64,000 nt of DNA from Octopus vulgaris (lineage: Eukaryota). Every line of letters begins with the position of its first letter. Position 1 is the first letter of the stretch. The position numbers and the translations under genes are program-made. Below are positions 12,535-25,475 of this stretch, piece after piece. The stretch covers positions 113,150,001-113,214,000 of the forward strand of contig OX597817.1 of the NCBI GenBank assembly GCA_951406725.2. The letters are read 5' to 3'. The notes beneath the pieces are model-generated. The model was not told the DNA's origin. It made no database searches and worked only from the letters and a program-made list of their open reading frames with translations.

Positions 12535-13093
12535 TAGGGAATAAAATTTCCGGCATCACAGGGATTCAAATCATTCTCAATGAGGAAATATATATTTTTT
12601 ATTTAGAGATAGTAGTCCCCTTCATCCCACCATATAAAAGAATTTTAATTTGATTTAATACTTACTACTCATTTCTCAGCTACACGTGTTTCTTGAGGTT
12701 CTTTTACAGTTCCTTATTTTATTTTTTATTCGTATTTTTTTAATTTTATTTTTTATTCGTATTTTTTATTTTTTATTTTTATTTGTTATCTTTTATTTGA
12801 ATTTTTATTTGAATTAAATTACGGCTTGCACAGTAAGGTCCGGCGAATCTATTTACACATACACATACTTATATGTATTTGGTATCGAACTATGATAAAG
12901 TTATTTAGAGGCCTGATGATTGGGGTTACATTTTAAGAAATGTTCCTGTAAAACACTGCATGCTTAAGGAACAGTAAAAGAACCTCTAGAAACACATGTA
13001 GCTGAGAAATGAGTAGTAAGTATTAAATTAAATTAAAATTCTTTTATATGGTGGGATGAAGGGGACTACTATCTCTAAATAAAAAATATATAT
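12535..13093 (+). mobile_element. Penelope-type pLTR with inverted truncated copy, between (TA)-rich tracts
   Basis: 129-bp near-perfect inverted repeat 12588-12716/12965-13093 overlapping a hammerhead motif. Confidence 0.7.
12910..13003 (+). ncRNA. Type I hammerhead with extended helix II
   Basis: GGC-CTGATGA-TTGGGGTT...AACCTCTA-GAAA-CACAT-GTA-GCT. The inverted copy reads AACCTCAA-GAAACACGTGTA, giving a fully paired helix II partner and palindromic helix III ACACGTGT. Confidence 0.7.
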
Positions 13094-13377
13094 ATGTATT
13101 TATGCATATTCGTGTGTTTGTATCTATGTATATCTATGTGTATATGTGTCAAGCCTACTTGTGCTTATCTACATTACTAACTCTATATCAGCTAGCCTGG
13201 ATTTCTCTTATAGCCACTTGTGATACCATGGACCTAGTCCTGGATGAGGAATTTGGTTTAAATTCACTTCTTCTGAGCACTACTACATGCTTTCCATAAT
13301 GAGCAGTATATATTGTCAGTATATAATAACAGATCCGGCGCCTTTCGTGCAAGCTATATTGTCAGTATATGAATAGA

Positions 13378-13490
13378 TCACCGTGACCGACCAGGCTATC
13401 AGATGTTGCTACACATCGCTGGTCACAATGCGCTTCGCATTGTTTTAGCCTTCAAATGACGCCACCCTGCTGACTAAGCAAGCAGGTCAA
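13378..13490 (-). mobile_element. SINE family E, 3' fragment
   Basis: Near-identical to about 23697-23807 (CCGTGACCGACCAGGCTATCAGATGTTGCTACACATCGCTGG...). Confidence 0.8.
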
Positions 13491-13917
13491 TATAAATATA
13501 TATATATATATATATATAACTTACTGTGCATTGCCTTCTGTTACTTAATAAGTGACAAAATGTATAGTAAATGCACAAACGAAGAAACATAAAATGAATG
13601 CACACACAAACAAAAGAACATATATTGAGTGCAGAAACAGACAGAAAATGAAAACAGGAGGTCCCTAATTCTTCATCAGTTATCAACCAGATGATATTAC
13701 TCAGTTTCACACCATTAAATATATATATATATATATTTCACTTAGGCTAATAACCTGATGTAGAACTCAATTTATGTATGTTTAAGAACAAAGTGTTAGA
13801 TGAATATAGAGCAGTAATAAGAAGAAGTGATGTCACCGGAAAAACAATGGTTATGGTATACTCTTCATAACATGAAGTTCATTACATAATCATTGTTTCT
13901 CCTGCGTTACCTCTTTT

Positions 13918-13997
<80 letters not shown>

Positions 13998-14028
13998 ATA
14001 TGCATGCTAATATTAGTTGATTGCTTAA

Positions 14029-14235
14029 GGCGGCGAGCTGGCAGAAATGTTAGCATGCCAGGTGAAATGCTAAGCGCTATTTCGTTTGTCTTTATGTTCT
14101 GAGTTCAAATTCCGCCGAGGTTGGCTTTGCCTGTCATCCTTTCGGGGTCGATAAATTAAGTACCAGTTGCATACTGGGGTCGATCTATTCAACTGGCATG
14201 CTTCCCAAAAATTTCGGCCATTGTGCTTAGAGTAA
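14029..14235 (+). mobile_element. tRNA-derived SINE, family B
   Basis: GGCGGCGAGCTGGCAGAA (A box), GAGTTCAAATTCC (B box), central TCATCCTTTCGGGGTCGATAAATTAAGTACCAG domain. Copies near 5720, 14660, 22490, 24720, 25760, 27917, 29835, 60958 and 63358. Confidence 0.85.
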
Positions 14236-17200
14236 CATAGAATATTACTTAATTGCTGTTTCAAAAGTGTTCTCGTCAATAAGTCAAGAAGTTAGCAGTT
14301 TATAAGTCACTGGAATTCTCTGTAGCCCAGACACTTACCTCACATACCTCTATCCACTTAGTTGTAAATAAATAAGTACTACAGTGTAAAGACAACTCAT
14401 TGCTCCAAACAGTGGTTATACTATAAAAGTGACTAGTAGATTGTTTGCCTGCAGTACAGAGTTCTATGTTTATAGCTTGGAGACAGATAAGTTCATCAAA
14501 ACGGAGTTATCTTAAATACTCTACATGAAGATGAAGTCACCAGTACTGCAATAACTACTCGGTGGGTTATTAAGTACAGTGCCTTTATTAATCTAGTCAG
14601 TGTGATAGTATCTTAGATCAACATGACTGAATGTATTATTGTTTCTTATTTAGATGCGTGGCTAGCAGTTTTGAGGAGGGGGAATGAATCAGTTGCATTG
14701 ACCTTGGCACTAGACTGGTACTTCAACTTATTGACTTCAGAGGAATGATATTTTCATAAAATGACATCTCTATAATATGGAAATTTTTCTTTAATATACT
14801 CTGAACTCTTTCATTTTGGACAATCTGCACTTTTAAAAAATCTCTGGGTTGCTATTTAATAATAAGTTTTAAGTGTTCAAGACATTTAAAAACCCTGCCT
14901 TCTAGAATCCATTTCTGAAATTACTTGGGATATTTTGCATCTCAAGCTTTGATATTTCCTCCTCCCCCTCCTCTGCTTCTTCCTCTTCCTCCTCCTCTTC
15001 CTCCCCCTCCTCTGCCTGTCCCACCTCTGTCTCTGCTGAGGAAACTTTGCTAAATAGAGACAAATTGATGGCATCCAATAAAAGAATTCGTTTCATTTTT
15101 TTTTAGTGGTGGTGGGGAGCTAAGTCAGAGGGAGAAGACCAATGCCAGACCTCTAAGGCTGATGAGGAGAAAGAGAAGAGGAAGAAGCCACGATGTACAT
15201 GTTGATGTAGAAAGAAGCGGCATCATAGTATATTAGTATTTGAGCAAATACCAACAGCAACACAGAACATTCACTATCTTTACTTAAAATTTGTTATTTT
15301 ATAATTTGGTTTGTAGCTATTTATAGCTGAGCCAAACTAATTTCTACTCTGAATTGTGTTAATTATGGTATAATTATTATATTATTCCTATTCCATTTTA
15401 TTCTGAATGTCTTTCCTCTTTTCTAAGTATGGATATTGTTACAGATGACCATATCAATTGGATACTGGCTTTGCAGCCAAAGTTTTCTTTGTGTTTCATA
15501 TCTTGTTACTGGAGAAATTCTGTGTACAAGTGACCCGCATATTTCTGGTTTTAAATAGACCCTAAAGAGATTTACAGTTCAGTAGAGATACTGTGTAATT
15601 TATTTATGTTTTGTTAAATTATAGTGTTGAGCTCATATATAAAAAATATATACATAATGAAATAACTATAGTATTCATAATTTGAAAATCTTTTAATTTC
15701 TTATGTGAACACATGTATAAGTATGAATTTCAAAATACTGTATTCATCATCATCATCACCATCATCATCAGTGCTGTTGTCATCAACTTATGTCTGTTTT
15801 CCATGCTAACATGAAATGGACAGGGTTTGTATTATCTCATCACTGACTGGATACAGTTATTGTTCCAATACTAGGTAGGTTGTCTACAGCAGGACTAGAA
15901 GTCTTCTCTATCCTGTATCAGTTTTTATTCAGAGTTGCTTCTCTCTTAGATAGGTTACTGTCACACTGTGTACATTTTATTTTGACACCAGTGCAAGTGA
16001 TTTCTGTTTCTGGCAGGTCTAAAAAGTATACTTTACTTTTGATCAGTTCTTATTCAATCTTATTGATTTCCTAGATGAGTTACTTGCATTGCAGTTTGCA
16101 GAGTTCACTTGCTTTGTTTGATTCTTTTGCAATATATTGCAAGTGTGATCCTGGTTCTAGATGACATATTCATGAAAAACAAATGACATCATATCTTCTA
16201 CTGATAATTGCAAAGCTCTAACAATATATAGTCAAATATATCATGGTAATCATTTCTTTGGCCAACGTTTGTGTCAGTAACCATAAATTATCAAAGGTTT
16301 AATTTAAAGAATAGGTACAGATATGGTCATATTGTTAAGAAGTTCAACTTACAATCACATATTTCTAAGAACACTCTTCTTGTGCAGTATCTTGGGAAAG
16401 TATCTTGCCTATAGTGAAATTAGATTGACAGGAATTGTTTTTAAACTTTTCTGACGAACTGTGCCTGTTCTTGTGTGACAAACTTAATACTTGTCCTGAT
16501 TTCACTCCACTACCATCACTTTTACCCTATCATCACCACCACTTACTCTTTAGGTTTCTTTAGCAGAGTCCATTCTGCTACAAGCATTCAGACCATATTG
16601 CCAATCTGATGACAGCTCAATTTCTTAATAGGTTGGTTCCTACCGCAGCAACCCAATAGTTATTTCATTTTCTTTTTTCATCAAGCAGAACCAAATGCCC
16701 TGTGAAATACATGGATGTTGATGCTACTCTTCCACTTCTAACCCATAAAAAAAACATATGGGAACATTTGTTACCTGTAAAGAGTAAAGTACAGTATAGC
16801 TGATGGTGAATCTTTGGTTGTACAATAGAAAAGTGTTGGAACTTTCTACTTTCACTATGCTCTCCCTCACACACTGAAACCCCCAGTCTGTGCAATGATG
16901 CATGAATTACTACAGATGAAACATAATCTCTGTGCCAGAGACAACTTCTATAAAATACGTAAATGACTAAGTTTCTTTTGTGATATCTAAAGTGCCCTAA
17001 ATTATGATATATAGTTAAGTGCAGGCTACAATGTTTAAGGTATTGAGTTGAAAATAGTCAATAAAAATTATAGCCATAATGAGGAGAAAAATGTGTAGAG
17101 TTAATGAAAATTATTCTCAAAAGGAGCAGCAGGGATCAGTGGGGTGAGACTGACTAATCTTTTACATCTCTAGTAACAACTCCAGACATGTTTTCTGCTT

Positions 17201-18178
17201 ATAAGACCTCCTCAGCAAAGTACAGTCCACTCACAGTGGCTAAGACCTCAAGATGACCAATGTCATTATAAAATATAGTTAGAATTCCCTTACTATGTTT
17301 CTTTGTGTGCTTTTGATACTGTGGTAGTTTGTTGTCAGAGAAGAGCTTTGTCAGTAAGTTGAAGGAAATAGATGAGGTTACAATTTCATTTTAAGTGAAA
17401 AGACAATTGAAATAACATATACATTATGGAACCAAACTAATGACTTTGTATTACCTAGTGGTGTGTTCTGTCTTAAACTGATTCCAAAATCAACTTTTTT
17501 TTTTTGTTGTATATGGGCAGGTAAAATATTAGTTGCTGTTGTTGATCCTTAGTCAGACCTATGGTCAGTGTCACTGTAACTATGATTGTCACATCTTCTC
17601 TCTCTCTTTCTTTCTCTCTCTCTCTCCCTCCCTATCTCTTTCTCTTTTTCTCTCTCATGTCTAGGCAGTGTATTCTAGACTACAGTGATCAGTAAGTCTT
17701 TAAGTTAGTAAGGTGTAAGTGGGGAGATGTGTGTGCTATTTCTGGTTAATGGCTTGAAAGCTAGTATTATTGCGTTGTGGAATAATATCTCTCTTGGATT
17801 ATTACTTGTTCCAATCCATAGCTCACTTCATGTACTCACAACACTTTATCAACTAGGAGCTGGAAGCTTCAGTAGAGGGGTTCTTCACTTCAAAAGATAA
17901 GAACAGGTATCAGTGTATAATCAAAGAACTGAGAGAAAGGTAGCTTCCGACAGTGCAACACAATGGCCTCTACTCTGAATGCGAGGTTGCTTTTTTTTAA
18001 CTTGTTGAACAAAACAAATAAGTTACCAACATATTGCAAAACTTTTGACTCAACGCAATATATTGGTGCATGTAAAGAAGAACCAGTAATATATTTCATT
18101 AACCTGGTTCGTAGTTTTGTAAACCACTATTTTCTTTCAAGCAAGATATTATGAACTTTGATTTTTTTGTTTTTGTTT

Positions 18179-18210
<32 letters not shown>

Positions 18211-18214
18211 CAGC

Positions 18215-18770
18215 AACATTATGGTAACAGGTGTCCAAAAACCAATCACTATTTCACTTCATTTGTCACAATGAGAATGACTAGGAAGTGTCATTGGTTT
18301 TATTATTTCTCAATTATATTTATATCATTTACGAATTTGTTTTGCAAGTTCCCTGATGTGAAATCATGTGTTGAAACAGATATTGTTATATTTCAGGATG
18401 ATTAATTTTTTTTCTTCCTAAATAAGCACGTGCACTAGATATCTGTTTTTCACTTGTTTATTATTGTTCTTATTTTATCTTATGTCTATTGTCTGGAAAC
18501 CTTTCATCACACATCTGTCACTGATCTCTTCAGTGACTCTTTTAACCCACATGTATCCTCCTGTTCTGTTTTGTCCATTCTCAGAGCAGGAAGATACATG
18601 TGGGATGGGGGAATTGCTGAAGAGGTCACAGATGTGTGCCAACAGATTTCCAGACAACTTACATGAGATAAAAAGAAGAACAATAACACATGAGTGAAGA
18701 ACAAACATATAGTGCATGTGTTTATTTGGCAAGAAAAAGAAATGACCATCCAAAAATATAACAATAGATA
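18215..18770. repeat. Two inverted copies of an interspersed repeat forming a foldback
   Basis: 18381-18567 is an imperfect reverse complement of 18583-18766. A third copy lies at about 62070-62340. Confidence 0.75.
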
Positions 18771-19048
18771 TTTAAATCTCTTCATTAATGTACAACATTG
18801 TAAGATATACACATGTATGTATAACTTATGCACAACAACCAGACAACAGGTTATCCACACAGTTCCCATCTACCAAATTCCAGTCACATAGTAATGGTCA
18901 ACATAAAGCCTGGTAGATGACACTTGGCCCTAGGTACCATGCAGTGGAATCAAATCCAGAAATATGTGGATGGCTACTATGTGAACTTCTTCATCACACA
19001 GGCATTCCTGAACCCATTTAATTGCAACTATAAAGACACACACTTTAT

Positions 19049-19100
<52 letters not shown>

Positions 19101-19956
19101 TGGATAATGTGTTGAACTGTTTATACAAATGTCATGCGTTTCTGTAGCATTGCTTTATACAATTAAAAAAAATATAGGAAACAATTAAGGGTAATTTATG
19201 ATATAGAAAAGTCACCTATTTTGAAGTAAAACTGTTATTGAAGAGTAGTTGAAGGAATTGGGTTGTATAAAAATGAACCATCATTGTGTTGTGTCCCTAG
19301 ATAGGTTGTATAAACCCAACATGCTTTAGTTTACATAACTGAAGGAAATGTTATTCCTCTTCATTGTTAAATGCTTTGTAGTAGGAAGGACATTCAGTTC
19401 TACAAATATTTGCTCCAACTCTATATGTATGTCCAGATTTTCAAGAAGCCATCACAATTATTGAGAAAAGTAAGTATAAAATAGTAAAAGGTAAAATATT
19501 TCTGATGAAATTATTTTCCTACTGTGCATCATATTCATAAAATTTAAAGATGAATATCTACCTCTCTGTCTCATGAACATTTAGTGTAATAGCTGCAGCT
19601 AGATATCAAAAACAGGTCACAGACCAAATTCGCTGGAAACTTACCCCCACAATCATTAGATCTCAATTCTTTCTTAAGCACAAAGCTTCTTTGGTAAATG
19701 GAGGGAGTATATGCAATAATGTTAGTACTTACTTATATTGGAAACAATAAAAGCAAATTTAAATTCGAAAGTTTAATATACTAAACTAGAAAATATAAAA
19801 CCTAATCCAGCACCCTATAGGGACTCCACTGTCCTATAGTTTTGGTAAATATTAAAACATGGATCTCCAATATCAATATCATACCTGCAACCTGTGCTAG
19901 CAAAATTCTTTTTGCAATTTTGTTATGAACCATATATATATATATATATATATACA

Positions 19957-21033
19957 CAGGGTGCGTAAGGTATTTGAGGACAGATTTATGTTTATAAAAA
20001 TATATATATATATAATAACAGATAATAACTCTGTTTATCAAATAATGCAATGAGGATAAAAATAAACTTTCTTTTCTGTAATGGTATTCACTAAAGTCAC
20101 CTTCAGTTTCAACAACTGCTTCTATATGATATCTAAATCATCTACATGCTCAAATTAAGTGGTTCTGGTTCATTTTGGACAATACTCTGACTATGGCAGC
20201 TTTCAAAGAATCTTTGGTACACTCCACATGTAATAGTCCAATGGATTGAGATCTGGGGAATTAGGAGGCCAAAGGTTATGTGATCATAAAAAAATTTCAG
20301 CCATCCATTCCTCTGTGTTACTAGAACCATGTGTGATAGTGCGGGGTCTTACTGAAACACATATGGCCTTCCATTACATACACTGTCTATCCAGGGCTTA
20401 ACAATTATTTCCAGGACCTCAATGTAGGCAGCAGAGTTAACTCTAAGGCCTTGTGGAAAGAAGTAAGGAGGTATCATGTGTCCTTCATTGCTGATAACCC
20501 CTTAAATCATGACAGTTACATGAAATTTTGTATGCATAACACTTCGAACTTCAGAAGGGTCTGCATATAACCATCTGTCATTTCTTCCATTAACTTTTTG
20601 ATTTTGGTCGAAGTTTTTCTTGTTTGAGAAAAACCAAATCAAATCTTTTGCTGGATTTTTCAGTTTGTTTAAGAGCCTTTTAGATCTGATGTAGTGATTT
20701 TCTTTTGCTTTTTCTGACAAATTGACCTTTCCTCATCATATAAAACTTATCTGATGTCATTGTGGACAACATTTCTGACTGTTCTTTCTGACATATGGAG
20801 ATCTTTTGCAACTGACCTTATGGACTTTCTGGGATTGTAATCAATGGTCTGTTGAACTTGTTGGATAAATCCAGGTATTCTGATGATTTCAGAGCATTCA
20901 GAATGCTTTTTATGCTTTGATACTGGTGATTCATTTCTGCCATTATTATTTTCTGAAACAAAGATTATATAGTGTTAGCAAAAAATGCAGCAATGCCTGA
21001 AAAAGGTAAATCCTCAAATACCTTACACACCCT
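19957..21033 (-). mobile_element. Tc1/mariner (maT/DD37D-like) transposon, decayed, both TIRs present
   Basis: 23-bp TIR AGGGTGCGTAAGGTATTTGAGGA (19958-19980 vs 21011-21033, 1 mismatch) in TA context. Peptides LIWFFSNKKNFDQ..NDRW, PPYFFPQGLRVNSAAY and WPPNSPDLNPLDYYMW. Confidence 0.9.
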
Positions 21034-21421
21034 ATATATGTGTGTGTGTGTGTAGATATACAGTGATACATCACAGTATGAGATTAATTCGTTCCATTAC
21101 AGAGCTTATCTTACAAGTTACTCATTTTATAAATCATTTTTCTCAATTGAAATTTACTAAAATATAATTAATCTGTTCCAGCCCAAAAAAACTCAAAATT
21201 AAAACAGAAAAGGTGCAGATACAAGTAAAATGACAATTATAAAAAAGAGAATGCAAAAGAAATATGTAAACTGGTTTTATTAACTGAATTACCTTAAAGA
21301 TGGATGATTTGTATACTCATACTGCAGATTTCTGCTCATACCTCAAGACAAAAATTCACACAGGTCTTGGCTTGTACAGTAAATTCTCATACAATGGGCC
21401 ACTCATCCTGTGAGGTTCTAC

Positions 21422-21586
<165 letters not shown>

Positions 21587-21835
21587 ATCCATCCATCTGA
21601 GAGCAGAATAATACAGATGATTTGATCAAAATCTTTAACACAACCTTAGAGTTTAACCAAATCTCCTCTTTTATTTTGTTCTGGAATATACAGACTGCAA
21701 ATTATTCAAATGTATATAATACCAAAAGAAAATCATAGGGAAAATTATCTTTAATACCTGATTGGAATTGGGATATACATGGATTTCATGGTATTCTAAG
21801 CATTAGTTAAATGTTACGCTATCTCATTCGAAATG

Positions 21836-21876
<41 letters not shown>

Positions 21877-22159
21877 TTGTAACTTGTTTTCAGTTTATCC
21901 AGTTGCTGTTGTTTTCATTTATAGTACAGCTTATTGGAATACATTAGCATAAATTTTTAATGCTTTCTATTACATTATATTAATTTAAAATCTGATTTAT
22001 ATTTTGTTTTCAAATATGTACATTGGATATTTATATCTCTTTTAAATGTCTCTACTTGTATTAAACTTTCTCTTCTGATCCATAAGACAATGAGGACAAA
22101 AGCCTTTGAGGTGACTTCACCATTTTGATTTTAACATCAAACATTTTGAGCAAGCAAGG

Positions 22160-22345
22160 ATAACCTTTACTGGTTGATTGATCTGCCAGAAATAGCAGCC
22201 AAGTCTTCCTCATCTCACAGGTTACTATTTTGAAGGAAGGGTGCGGTGCATTGGATAATGTGCTTCTAGACACATTATGTATGAATAAAAAATGGGATAA
22301 CCTCAGGTAGAATGCCTTTGATCATAAATCTGTTCAATTAAGCTG
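22160..22345 (+). mobile_element. Family D repeat
   Basis: AGAAATAGCAGCCAAGTCTTCCTCA...GAATGCCTTTGATCATAAATCTG...CAACAACAGC tail. Confidence 0.6.
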
Positions 22346-23322
22346 GTGTTAGCAACAACAGCAAACATTTTACTTTCAAATATATTTGTTTTTCCCTTCT
22401 CTAGCTTCTTCAACTATTTTTCTTCTTCCATGCTTATTGTTATTCTCTCTAATGCCAAATCATTTTGGGTACCACAAAATATAATAACGTGTAGCATTTA
22501 TTTATAGCCTTTTACATCCTGAGTTCAAATCCCACCTAGGTCAACTTTGTATTTCGGTCACAAGAGGTTGATAAAATAGTTATCAAGTACTGGGGTTGAT
22601 TTTATTGACTCAAAAACTGTCTTCGTTCTTCTTCTTATGGTTTTTTTCACTTCTCCTCTCTTATTCAACTACCTCACTTTCCTTGTTCATCTCCTCCTAT
22701 TCACTATTCCCTCATGACCGCCTAAGCTAATCTCATCATTTCAAAAGTTATGTTCTATTTTCTAGGTGAAAAATCTTTTTGTATCTCAACCGTCCTTGAC
22801 AAAGTACAATAAGGCTAGTTGATAATCTGAACCATCCTTGACATTCAGCAATAACGGAAAGTCTCTTGAATACTTCAAATTGCAAAACACACCACAAAAT
22901 TCCACAATATGATCGAGGTAATATTTGATTTTTTTGTTTTTTAACAAGAAAGATAACCCAAAACAAAAACCGTTACCTCAAATTAATAATAATTTCAAAA
23001 CTTTTAGGCATTTAAATTCTTTATATCAAAATACACACATATACCCATGCATATACATTAAACAAAATTGTATAAATCTGAAAACACAAAGAGAAAGAAA
23101 AATAGTAACTAACAAAGCAATTAATATCTTTCTTTTCTATATTATTTTTTTAGTCCTATTGAAACCCATGCAATTATAAACCAAGTTATTCATTCATTTT
23201 ATACGAAAAATTGTGACCTCTTGCATTGTCGGTCACAGGATTCTTGGTAGCTGAGACACTGATTCATATTATTGATGGCAATTACATCCTTCATCAATAT
23301 ATGATATAAGCATGTATGTATA

Positions 23323-23560
23323 TCATCATCATCATCGCCATTATTTAATGTCTGTTTTCCATGCTGGCATGGGTCAGACAGTTTGACTGGAGCTGGTAAG
23401 CCAGAGAGCTGCATGAGGCTCCTGTCTATCTATGGTTGGATGCCCTTCCTAATACCAACTATTCTTGAGAATGTACTGGGTGCCCTATATGTGTCACCAA
23501 CACCAGTGTGCTTTACATGTTACTGGCATTGGTCATGACTATGATTTACCTATATAGCTC
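23323..23560 (-). mobile_element. Retroelement 3' end with (GAT)n RTE-type tail
   Basis: (CAT)n-TTTAATGTCTGTTTTCCATGCTGGCATGGG...GGATGCCCTTCCT. Similar remnant at 15745-16020. Confidence 0.6.
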
Positions 23561-23639
23561 AGTCAGTAGAGCATCAAACTTTAAATGTATGTGTGTGTGT
23601 GTGTATATATATGTATATATATATATGTATATATGTATG

Positions 23640-23687
<48 letters not shown>

Positions 23688-23689
<2 letters not shown>

Positions 23690-23962
23690 GTGATTACCGT
23701 GACCAACCAGTCTATCAGATGTTACTACACATCGCTGGTCACAATGCGCTTCGCATTGCTTTAGCCTTCAAATGACGCCACCCCGCTGGCTAAGCGAGCA
23801 GGCCAACAGAAGGAAGAGTGAAAGAAAGTTGTGGCGAAAGAGTACAGCAGGGATCGCCACCACCACCTGCCAGAGCCTCGTGGAGCTTTAGGTGTTTTCG
23901 TTCAATAAACACTCACAAGGCCCGGTCTGGGAATCGAAACTGCGATCCTACAACCGCGAGTC
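23688..23962 (-). mobile_element. tRNA-derived SINE, family E, inside (TA)n
   Basis: Minus strand GACTCGCGG...GTTTCGATTCCC (B box). CpG-rich, so probably young. TA tracts on both sides. Confidence 0.8.
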
Positions 23963-23974
23963 TATATGTGCCTC

Positions 23975-24024
<50 letters not shown>

Positions 24025-24310
24025 ACCTCAGATTTTATTCCACTTCATGGCATCTTGAGCAAATGTTTTTTACCATAGCTTTGGGTTGATCAAAACCTTG
24101 TGAGTAAAGGAAGGTAAACAGATAGTGGGTGAAAGCCCATCAGGCAGAACATACCTGTAATTCAAGAATCCAATTTTGTTGCACACTGACTCATGCTGTT
24201 TCTATCTGAAGATTACTTTCAGAGTACATGTGTCTCTGGAATACTCAGCCACTTGCATGCTAATTCAATGATTGGATAATTCAGTTGAATACTTATCATC
24301 AAAAACTAAT

Positions 24311-24687
24311 GCAGACATGGCTGTGTAGTTAAGAAGTTTGTTTCCTAATCATGTAGTCTTGGGTTCAGTTTCATTGCATTGCACCTTGCGCAGATATCTT
24401 CCACTATAGCCCCAAGCTGACCAAATCCTTGTGAGTGGATTTGGTAGATGGAAACTGAAAGAAGTCATTTTGCGTGTGTGTGTGTGTGTGTGCATGGCTG
24501 TGTGGTAAGAAGTTTGCTTCACAGCCACGTGGTTCCAGGTTCAGTCTCACTGGGTGGAACCCGGGGGAAATGTCTTCTACTTTAGCCTTGAGCCAACCAA
24601 AGCCCTGTGAGTGGATTTGGTAGATAGAAACTGAAAGAAGCCTGTCATATATATATGTGTGCATGTGTGTGTGTGTGTGTGTGTCCA

Positions 24688-24690
<3 letters not shown>
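24311..24690 (+). mobile_element. Two tandem SINE family A heads
   Basis: ATGGCTGTGT...CCTTGTGAGTGGATTTGGTAGATGGAAACTGAAAGAAG occurs twice (24311-24470, 24493-24690). A third degenerate head starts near 24025. Confidence 0.75.
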
Positions 24691-24718
<28 letters not shown>

Positions 24719-24719
24719 G

Positions 24720-24911
24720 CCCACAGGGGACTAAACATAGAGGGGACAAACAAAGGGATTAAGTCGATTACATTGACCCCAGTGCATAACTGGTGCTTAT
24801 TTAATCAACTCCCAAAAGGATGACAGGCAAAGTCAGCTTCAGCAGAAATTGAACTCAGAATGTAATGACAGACGAAATACTGCTAAGCAATTTCGCCCAG
24901 CGTGCTAATGG
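24720..24911 (-). mobile_element. SINE family B
   Basis: Reverse complement of the 14029-14235 body. Confidence 0.75.
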
Positions 24912-24912
24912 T

Positions 24913-24946
<34 letters not shown>

Positions 24947-25158
24947 ATTTAGGATATTTTGTCTTCTCTCCTGGTGCTGTATGAACATTTAATGTGGTTT
25001 TAGAGTCAGATTTTGGCTGCTATTTCAAGCGTGGCAATATCTCTTTGATACCCTAAATTATAATTTTAATAATAATTATTACCTTTGAAGTTTTTTATTC
25101 CCATGCTGGCCACTTGATAAGATCAATATTTAAATTAACAATCTTATCCTTATTTATT

Positions 25159-25196
<38 letters not shown>

Positions 25197-25433
25197 CCAC
25201 ACACACATATGATGTGCTTCCAAAGTTTTCATGTATCATATTCTACTCACAAGTTATTAGCCAATCAGAAGCTAGGGAAGATACTCTTGGTAGGACACTG
25301 TTATTTCACATTTCCTGGACCTCATCATTACAAAGCATTCTTCTCAACCACACCAACGTACTTGATCCCATGTTTCATCTTAGTTCTTCATCAATCATTT
25401 TCTTTCTCCTGGTGCCTATATTTTTAACTGCAT

Positions 25434-25475
<42 letters not shown>

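Noticed and set aside
14886-15096. Glu-rich and Arg-rich ORFs
   Set aside because: Low-complexity (CCT)n-like tract, with no domain or supported splice structure.
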